DNA of 43,785 nt from Planctomycetota bacterium (GTDB lineage: Bacteria; Planctomycetota; JAJSAM01; JAKLKS01): the NCBI GenBank assembly GCA_023150535.1, contig JAKLKS010000004.1:1-43785 (forward strand), read 5' to 3'. The stretch's first letter is position 1. Each line of letters starts with the position of its first letter. Below, in pieces: positions 37,403-43,785 of the stretch. The notes under the pieces were generated by a model. The model worked only from the letters and a program-made list of their open reading frames with translations, searched no databases and was not told the DNA's origin. Position numbers and translations under genes: made by a program.

Positions 37403-40195
37403 ATGCCCAAGCGGAGGCTGGACAACATCCGGGGCTCCTGGCTGGCCATCGTGGTGGCGGCCTGCCTGCTCGGCATCTTCGCCCTCGGCCTCGGCTCCGA
37501 GCGCGTGCGCACCGTCGTCCGCCGCGCCCTCCCCGCCTCCCTCGGCGGCGTCCGGGGGCCTTCCGCCGACCTCTTCCCCGAGGTCGTGCCCGAGGAGGAG
37601 GGGAGGAAGGAGAAGGACCCCGACGCCCTCCCCGAGCACCCGAAGGAGGAATCCCTCCGCGGCATCGTGAGGGACGCCGCCGGGAAGCCCGTCGCCGGCG
37701 CCACGGTCTCCGCCGAGCGGTGGCGGAAGTCCCGCTGGGAGGTCCTCGCCGAGGCCCGCACCAACAGGGACGGGGAGTTCGTCCTCGGCCCCCTGCCGAA
37801 GGCCCACCTCTCCGCCGTCGCCCGCGCCCCCGGGTACGCCTCCGAGCGCAAGCCCGCCCGCACCGGCTCCCGCCTCGAGTTCAACCTGAAGAGCGGCGGC
37901 ACCCTCCTCCTCAAGGTCGTGGACGCCGTGACGGGGGAGCCGGTCAAGGAGTGCTACGTCTCCGGCTGGAGCCAGCGCGGCGACTGGTACGAGGCCGGCC
38001 GCACCGACGCGAAGGGGGAGTCCCGGTACCTCTCGGTACCGCCCGGCCGCCTCTGGATGGAGATCGTCCCCCCCGAGCACCGCCGCGTGAACCTCGAGGA
38101 CATCGAGGTCTTCGAGGGGAAGGAGACCGTCAAGGAGATCCCCGTCGTCAAGGGGGGGATGCTCAAGGGCCGCGTGCTCGACGCCGAGACCAAGGTCCCC
38201 GTGGCGCAGGCGAACATCAGGACCTGGGACGAGGCCAAGAGCGCCGTGAGCGGCGAGGACGGGAAGTACGAGATCCCCTCCCCCTCGGGGCAGTGGGGCC
38301 TGTCGCTCCGCGTCTCCGCCCCCGGCTACCCCGAGCAGTGGCAGTGGCTCCAGATCCAGGGGGACCCCTCCCAGGACGTCGAGAAGGACATCGAGATCGG
38401 CAAGGGGGGGAAGGTCACCGGGGTCGTGCTCAGGCCCGACGGCTCCCCGGCCGCGGGCGCCCGGGTCGGGCGGGACCCCGGGGACCTCATGACCGGCGTC
38501 CCCGAGGACACCGCCACCGCCGACGCCGAGGGGAGGTTCGTCCTCGAGGCGGTCCCGGCCATGCGCGGCGGGAGGCTCTTCGCCGTCGCCGAGGGCTTCG
38601 CCCTCAGCCGCTCCGATCCCCTGGAGGTCCGGTCCGGGTCGGAGGTCTCCATCCGCATCCTGCTCCAGTCCGGCGCCGCCTTCAAGGGGACGGTGAAGGA
38701 CGAGGACGGGGAGCCGCTCGCCGGGGTCTCCTTCCAGCTCGAGCGCCAGTGGTCCCCCCAGGACGGCGGCGGCTGGTTCTGGATCCCCGAGCTGGTCGGG
38801 TACAGCCTCGCCGACGGGACCTGGGAGATCCCCTCCGTGCCGGGGGGGACCTACTCCGTGCGCGTGAACCTCGAGGGCTACGCCCCCGAGAGCCGGGGCA
38901 GCCTCGTCGCCCCGCCGGAGGGGGAGCTGGCCGGCCTCGACTTCCTCCTCCGCAAGGGGAGCTCCATCACGGGCCGCGTGCGGAACCTCGCGGGGGACCT
39001 CCTCCCGGGCGTCTCCGTCACCGCATGGGGATGGGTCATGGGGAGCGAGGGGCAGAACGAGTGGGTCCAGCGGGCCGAGGTCCGCTCCAACGACGAGGGG
39101 TTCTTCGTCATGGACGGGCTCCGGGACGGGGCCTACACGCTCAACTTCGTCGCCACGGGGTACGCGCCGCTGTCCCGGGCCGGCATCGTCGCCGGCACGC
39201 GGGAGCTCCAGGTGACCGTGCTCCCCACCGCCCGGCTCGAGGGCCGCGTCTTCGAGCCCGACGGGACGACCCCGGTGGCCAACTTCACCCTCAAGCTCGT
39301 GATGGAGGTGGCGGCCGACGGGACCCCCCAGGGGCCGGGCAACATCGTCAACCAGCAGGACTTCGCCGACCGGGAGGGGAAGTTCGTCCTCCACGACGTC
39401 CCCGAGGGGCAGGTGGGGCTCGTGGCCGTGGCGGGGAACAAGATCTCCACGCGCCTCGGGAACCTCGTGGTGGGGCCGGGGACGGTCATCGAGAACCTCC
39501 GGCTCGTCCTCTCCCTCGGCGGGAGGCTCAAGGTCAGCGTGCGGGACGCCGCCGGGCAGCCCCTGGAGGGGGCGAGCGTGAGCGCCGGCCGGGCCACCCC
39601 GGACGGGGGCTGGACCAGCGAGTACTGGTCCCAGACGGACAACGAGGGGGTGGCGATGTTCGCCGCCATGGCCGACGGGAACTGGGTGATCTGGGCCGAC
39701 TACCAGAACCGGATGAACACGACCCGCCGCGTGAACGTCGGCGGGGGGGTCGAGGCGGAGATGGAGCTGGTCCTCACCACGGGGGGCTCCGTCCTCGTCC
39801 ACGCCGTGGACGGGGAGGGGAAGCCCGTGGAGGGGGCGGCCGCCTCCTTCGTCAACGCCTCCACCGGGGAGGAGATCCAGCTCAACTGGGGGCTCCTCTG
39901 GCAGAAGGCCTGGGAGCGCTCCGGGGGGAGGAACCTCGACTGGCAGAAGGTCCAGAGGGAGGCCACGCAGACCGACGCGGAAGGGAGGCTGCTGCGGGAG
40001 GGGATCCCCGCGGGCCAGGTGGTGGTGACCCTCCGCAGGCAGGGGATGAAGGACGCGACGGCCCGGGTCGCGGTCTTCGACGGCTACGAGGTGGACCTCC
40101 GCATCCCCATGGAGGGGACCTCCCCGCCGCCGGCCCCGGAGGCCCCTCCCCCCCCGGGGGACGGAGGGGGAGGCGTCGGGGAGGAGGAGTGGTAG
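37403..40195 (+). CDS. Large membrane-anchored protein with repeated carboxypeptidase-regulatory-like beta-sandwich domains
   Basis: N-terminal TM; about 9 repeats of G.V.D..G.P..GA.V...TD..G.F...APGY. Confidence 0.8.
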   Translation: MPKRRLDNIRGSWLAIVVAACLLGIFALGLGSERVRTVVRRALPASLGGVRGPSADLFPEVVPEEEGRKEKDPDALPEHPKEESLRGIVRDAAGKPVAGATVSAERWRKSRWEVLAEARTNRDGEFVLGPLPKAHLSAVARAPGYASERKPARTGSRLEFNLKSGGTLLLKVVDAVTGEPVKECYVSGWSQRGDWYEAGRTDAKGESRYLSVPPGRLWMEIVPPEHRRVNLEDIEVFEGKETVKEIPVVKGGMLKGRVLDAETKVPVAQANIRTWDEAKSAVSGEDGKYEIPSPSGQWGLSLRVSAPGYPEQWQWLQIQGDPSQDVEKDIEIGKGGKVTGVVLRPDGSPAAGARVGRDPGDLMTGVPEDTATADAEGRFVLEAVPAMRGGRLFAVAEGFALSRSDPLEVRSGSEVSIRILLQSGAAFKGTVKDEDGEPLAGVSFQLERQWSPQDGGGWFWIPELVGYSLADGTWEIPSVPGGTYSVRVNLEGYAPESRGSLVAPPEGELAGLDFLLRKGSSITGRVRNLAGDLLPGVSVTAWGWVMGSEGQNEWVQRAEVRSNDEGFFVMDGLRDGAYTLNFVATGYAPLSRAGIVAGTRELQVTVLPTARLEGRVFEPDGTTPVANFTLKLVMEVAADGTPQGPGNIVNQQDFADREGKFVLHDVPEGQVGLVAVAGNKISTRLGNLVVGPGTVIENLRLVLSLGGRLKVSVRDAAGQPLEGASVSAGRATPDGGWTSEYWSQTDNEGVAMFAAMADGNWVIWADYQNRMNTTRRVNVGGGVEAEMELVLTTGGSVLVHAVDGEGKPVEGAAASFVNASTGEEIQLNWGLLWQKAWERSGGRNLDWQKVQREATQTDAEGRLLREGIPAGQVVVTLRRQGMKDATARVAVFDGYEVDLRIPMEGTSPPPAPEAPPPPGDGGGGVGEEEW

Positions 40196-40226
40196 CCGCC
40201 GGGCGCGGGGTTACCATTCCCCCCGC

Positions 40227-41723
40227 ATGATCCCCCTCCGCCTTCCGCGGCGCCCCTCGCGCGCCCTCCTCCCGGGCGCGCTGCTGGCGCTCCTCGCGCT
40301 CCTCCCCCCGGTCCTCGCGGGGGCGGTCGATCCGCTGGACGCCGCCGCCCGCAGCGCCATCTCCGCCTCCGAGGCCCGGTCCGCGGGCGCCGCCCTCGCC
40401 GGCCCGAAGTTCCTGGGGCGGGGCACCGGCCAGAAGGGGAACGAGGACGCCGCCCGCTGGCTGGCGAAGGAGCTGCGGGAGGCCGGCCTCGAGCCGGGCG
40501 TCTCCCCCGACCGGGTCGAGGACGGGAAGACGGTGGAGGGGGAGTTCCTCCAGTGGTTCGACGTGCCGCCGACGCGGCTGGAGCCCGGCGCGGCCGCGGT
40601 GCGGACCCCGAACGTGATCGGGATCCTGCGCGGCACCGGCCTCGACCCCTCGGCCGTGGCCACGCCGACCGACCCCGCGCCTCCCTCCCCCCCGCCCCCC
40701 TCCCCCCCGCCCCCCTCCGCTCCCTCCCCCGCGGGGGGCGCCCCCCCGGAGGCCCCCTCCGCCGCGCAGCCGGAGAGGCGCGAGGTCGTCGTCCTCGGCG
40801 CGCACTTCGACCACCTCGGCGTCCGCGGCGGCGGCGCCGATCCGAAGAAGCCGCCGAAGAAGTCCTCCGTCTTCTGGGGGGCCGACGACAACGCCAGCGG
40901 GACCACGGCCGTGCTCCTCGTCGCCCGGGCCCTCGGCCGCATGGCCGCCGACGGACTCCGTCCCCGGCGGTCCATCGTGGTCGCCTTCTTCACCGGGGAG
41001 GAGATGGGGCTCCTCGGGTCGAAGCACTACGTCGGGAGCCCGGTGGTCCCCCTCGCCGACACGGCGGCCATGATCAACCTGGACATGGTCGGCCGCAACG
41101 GGACGAAGGCCTTCGAGATCTACGGCAACGGGTCGAGCCCGGAACTGGACGCCTGGCACCGCGAGGTGCTCGCCGAGACGAAGCTCGACTGCTCCTACCC
41201 CCCCCCCGCGCTCCTCCAGCGGAGCGACCAGTGGTCCTTCTACGAGGCGGGCATCCCGGTCCTCTTCCTCCACGGAGGGCTCCACGGGGACTACCACACG
41301 CCGCGGGACACCGCGGACGGCCTCAACTACCCCAAGATCGCGCTCGCCGCCCGCCACGCCCTCGGCATCCTGTGGAAGGCGGCCAACGCCCCCGGGCGGC
41401 CCGGCTTCCGGAAGATCGACATGACCGGGGCCGGCGGGAGGCTCGGCATCGCCGTGGATCCCGCCACCCCGGAGGAGATCGACTCCCTCTCCCTGGAGGA
41501 GGGGCGCGGGGCGGTCCGCGTCTCCGCGGTCTTCGCCGGCAGCATGGGGGAGCGCTTCTTCGAGCAGGGGGACCTCATCTTCTCCTGGAACGGGTTCCCG
41601 ATCATGGCGGACGACCCCGTGGGGCGGTTCACCTCCTTCCTGAACATGGCCAGGACCGGGGACCCCGTGACGATCCGGTACCAGCGCGGGAAGGATCGGA
41701 AGGCCGCGACCGTCAAATTCTGA
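40227..41723 (+). CDS. M28 family peptidase with C-terminal PDZ-like domain
   Basis: GAHFDHLG, GADDNASG, TGEEMGLLGS, NLDMVGR, RSDQ, DYHTPRD. Confidence 0.9.
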   Translation: MIPLRLPRRPSRALLPGALLALLALLPPVLAGAVDPLDAAARSAISASEARSAGAALAGPKFLGRGTGQKGNEDAARWLAKELREAGLEPGVSPDRVEDGKTVEGEFLQWFDVPPTRLEPGAAAVRTPNVIGILRGTGLDPSAVATPTDPAPPSPPPPSPPPPSAPSPAGGAPPEAPSAAQPERREVVVLGAHFDHLGVRGGGADPKKPPKKSSVFWGADDNASGTTAVLLVARALGRMAADGLRPRRSIVVAFFTGEEMGLLGSKHYVGSPVVPLADTAAMINLDMVGRNGTKAFEIYGNGSSPELDAWHREVLAETKLDCSYPPPALLQRSDQWSFYEAGIPVLFLHGGLHGDYHTPRDTADGLNYPKIALAARHALGILWKAANAPGRPGFRKIDMTGAGGRLGIAVDPATPEEIDSLSLEEGRGAVRVSAVFAGSMGERFFEQGDLIFSWNGFPIMADDPVGRFTSFLNMARTGDPVTIRYQRGKDRKAATVKF

Positions 41724-41775
41724 CGGCGGGGCGCCCCGTGGGACAATGGGGGGCCCCGGCACCCGAGGATCCCCC

Positions 41776-42699
41776 ATGACGACCGCCCGCCGCCCCGCCG
41801 CCCTCCCCGCAGCCGCCCTGGCGGCCGCCGCCCTCCTCGTCCTCGGGGGGGCCCCCGCCGACGCCGGCGAAGGCTTCCTCCTCCGCACCCCGCTGCGCGT
41901 CGTCCTCGGCTCCGGGGAGGCGGAGGCGGTGGGGGGGGTGGAGGCGCGCCTCAGGGTGACCAACGCCCGCACCACGGTCCAGTCCTTCACGGTCTGGTTC
42001 CGGGGGCTCTCCGACGCCGAGGGGGCGACCCTCTGGATGGCCAAGCCGGGCGAGTTCGAGACGGAGGAGGTCGCCGACTTCGCGGTCGCGGACAACGGCT
42101 CGGGGATCTGGACGGTGAAGGCGGATTCCGGCTGGGAGACCTCCCCGGACCTGCCGCTGGGCGTCGAGGCGGTGACCGCCCTCGCCGGGGCCCGCGTCGA
42201 GGTGCGCCTCCCGGGGGACGACCTCGAGGACGCCCCGGTCCTCTCGGGGAAACTCGGGGACTTCGACTACGGGGACCTGCCGGCCCGGCCGGGGGCCCCG
42301 GGGAACGTCGTCCGCACCTTCCGGCTCCGCCTCCCTCCCGACGTCGACGCCCGCCCCGACGCCGCGGCCCGGGGCGCGGGCCGCGTCTGGCGCGGGCGGG
42401 GCCGCGGGGATCCCGCGGGGAAGGACCAGGGGGTCGACCTCTTCGCCGCCGGCCTCACCGAGGACGAGACCTACGAGGTCTGGCTCGAGGACGCGCACGG
42501 CGAGATGGTCGATGTGGGGGAGGCGGCCAGCACCGCCGACGGCATGGCCTTCTTCTCCCTGGACACGCGGGCGGGGGACGAGTTCCCCGACGTGGCCGAG
42601 GTCGGGACCGTGAAGGACCTCTCCCGCCGCCGCCTCGAACTCCGCCGCACCGGATTCGACGAGCCCTCGCTCGTCGCCATCCTGCCGCGGATCCGGTGA
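41776..42699 (+). CDS. Secreted hypothetical protein with two internally homologous beta domains
   Basis: Signal peptide (..PADA); RBS GAGGA; two similar halves. Confidence 0.7.
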   Translation: MTTARRPAALPAAALAAAALLVLGGAPADAGEGFLLRTPLRVVLGSGEAEAVGGVEARLRVTNARTTVQSFTVWFRGLSDAEGATLWMAKPGEFETEEVADFAVADNGSGIWTVKADSGWETSPDLPLGVEAVTALAGARVEVRLPGDDLEDAPVLSGKLGDFDYGDLPARPGAPGNVVRTFRLRLPPDVDARPDAAARGAGRVWRGRGRGDPAGKDQGVDLFAAGLTEDETYEVWLEDAHGEMVDVGEAASTADGMAFFSLDTRAGDEFPDVAEVGTVKDLSRRRLELRRTGFDEPSLVAILPRIR

Positions 42700-42875
42700 T
42701 ACCGAACCCGGCACAAAGCAGCAGGGGGCTCTTCGCCGGATCGTGAAGGTGCCCCTCGGGAGTCGCAAGCCGGCGGGCCGGCAACTCCATCGGGCCACCC
42801 GCACGAAGAGGCGAGGAGCGCCGTCGTGGACGCGAATCGATCCGTCCCTGCTGATTTGTGCCGGGTTCGGTATCA
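42697..42875. mobile_element. MITE-like element, 179 bp, 30-bp terminal inverted repeats
   Basis: TGATACCGAACCCGGCACAAAGCAGCAGGG ... CCCTGCTGATTTGTGCCGGGTTCGGTATCA (29/30 match); no coding capacity. Confidence 0.8.
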
Positions 42876-42882
42876 TCACCCC

Positions 42883-43587
42883 GTGATCCGGGCCCTCCTC
42901 TTCGACTGCGACGGCACCCTCGCCGACAACGAGCCGATGCACTTCCGCGCCCTGAACGAGGCCCTCCTCGGGGGCGGGACCTCGACCTCCGCGATCACCA
43001 TCGAGGAGTACCGCTCCCTCATCGGTCTCCCCGACCCCGCGGCGATCCGGGCCGCCCTCGGACTGAGGGGCCTCGCCGCGGACGACGCCCGCCTCGCGGG
43101 ACTCGTCGCCGCCAAGCGGGCCGCCTACCTCCGCAGCCTCGCCTCCGGCGCGGTCCCCGTGCCCGGGGTCGCCGACTTCCTGCGGGCCGCCTCGAGGACC
43201 TACCTCCTCGCCGTCGCCTCCGGCGCCTGGCGGGAGGAGGTGGACGCCATCCTCGCCGGCCTCGGCGCCGCCGGCCTCTTCCGCGTGATCGTCACCGCCG
43301 AGGACTGCCCCGTCGGCAAGCCCGACCCCGCCCCCTTCCTGAAGGCGCTCTCCCTCCTCAACGCCTCCTCCCCCGCCCCCGATCCCCCCCTCCAGCCGGG
43401 GGAGTGCATCGTCTTCGAGGACTCCGTCCACGGGGTCGCCGCGGCCCGCGCCGCGCGCATGCGCTCCGTGGCCCTCACCACGACCCAGCCCGGGGACGCG
43501 CTCCGCGACGCCGACTTCGTCGCCGCCAACTACCGGGCGCTGGATCTCCGGCGGATGACCGCCTTCTTCGACCGGAGGGCGCGGTGA
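42883..43587 (+). CDS. HAD family phosphatase
   Basis: FDCDGTL, VASG, GKPDPAPF, VFEDS; GTG 6 nt after TATCAT. Confidence 0.9.
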   Translation: MIRALLFDCDGTLADNEPMHFRALNEALLGGGTSTSAITIEEYRSLIGLPDPAAIRAALGLRGLAADDARLAGLVAAKRAAYLRSLASGAVPVPGVADFLRAASRTYLLAVASGAWREEVDAILAGLGAAGLFRVIVTAEDCPVGKPDPAPFLKALSLLNASSPAPDPPLQPGECIVFEDSVHGVAAARAARMRSVALTTTQPGDALRDADFVAANYRALDLRRMTAFFDRRAR

Positions 43588-43785
43588 TCCGCGCCGTCGC
43601 CCGGACCGCCGAGGAGCGCGAGTACCTCGCCCGCGTCGCCGGCGGCCCCCCGGGCCGCGGACTCGCCCGCGCGGCGGTGCTCCTGGCCCGCACCGGCTGC
43701 CCCGGCGCCGACCCCGACCGGGTGGAGGCGATCCTCGAGGGCATCGCCGTCGAGGTCCGCCGACGCGCCGGCGCCGCCGCGGAGG
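43584..43785 (+). CDS. Partial ORF, possibly SirB1/transglutaminase-like N-terminus
   Basis: GTG overlapping the HAD stop; LARAAVLLARTGCPGADPDRVEAILEGIAVEVR; runs off the window. Confidence 0.45.
   Translation, partial: MIRAVARTAEEREYLARVAGGPPGRGLARAAVLLARTGCPGADPDRVEAILEGIAVEVRRRAGAAAE

Overview
Very GC-rich DNA from a diderm bacterium. It is probably Planctomycetota-like, inferred from the HEAT-vWA and carboxypeptidase-regulatory-like proteins, Asn-type EF-P, topoisomerase VI and OprP-type porins. Positions 1.8-30.3 kb form a phosphate/arsenic supercluster. It contains phoB-phoR; a first pst operon (pstB-pstS-long pstC-long pstA-pstB, a 4x62-aa repeat lipoprotein, phoU); and a second, convergent pst operon with a PhoU/pseudo-ArsC fusion and two complementarily degenerate PstB subunits. 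Two paralogous OprO/P porins bracket (i) an arsR-arsE-trx-ccdA-arsP operon whose thioredoxin has an in-frame UGA (UxxC) plus a SECIS-like hairpin, i.e. a selenoprotein missed by the ORF track, and (ii) a TtrB/TtrA-like molybdoenzyme cassette with no membrane anchor, flanked by ~140-bp inverted repeats. Its Fe-S subunit has lost one cluster and ends in CxxCH. The rest holds a frameshifted O-methyltransferase, an M48 peptidase, efp, a frameshifted thermonuclease, top6B/top6A, a large surface protein, an M28-PDZ peptidase, a 179-bp MITE and a HAD hydrolase. Pho-box-like 11-bp repeats and apparently leaderless promoters recur. All calls come from reading motifs by eye; no database searches were run.
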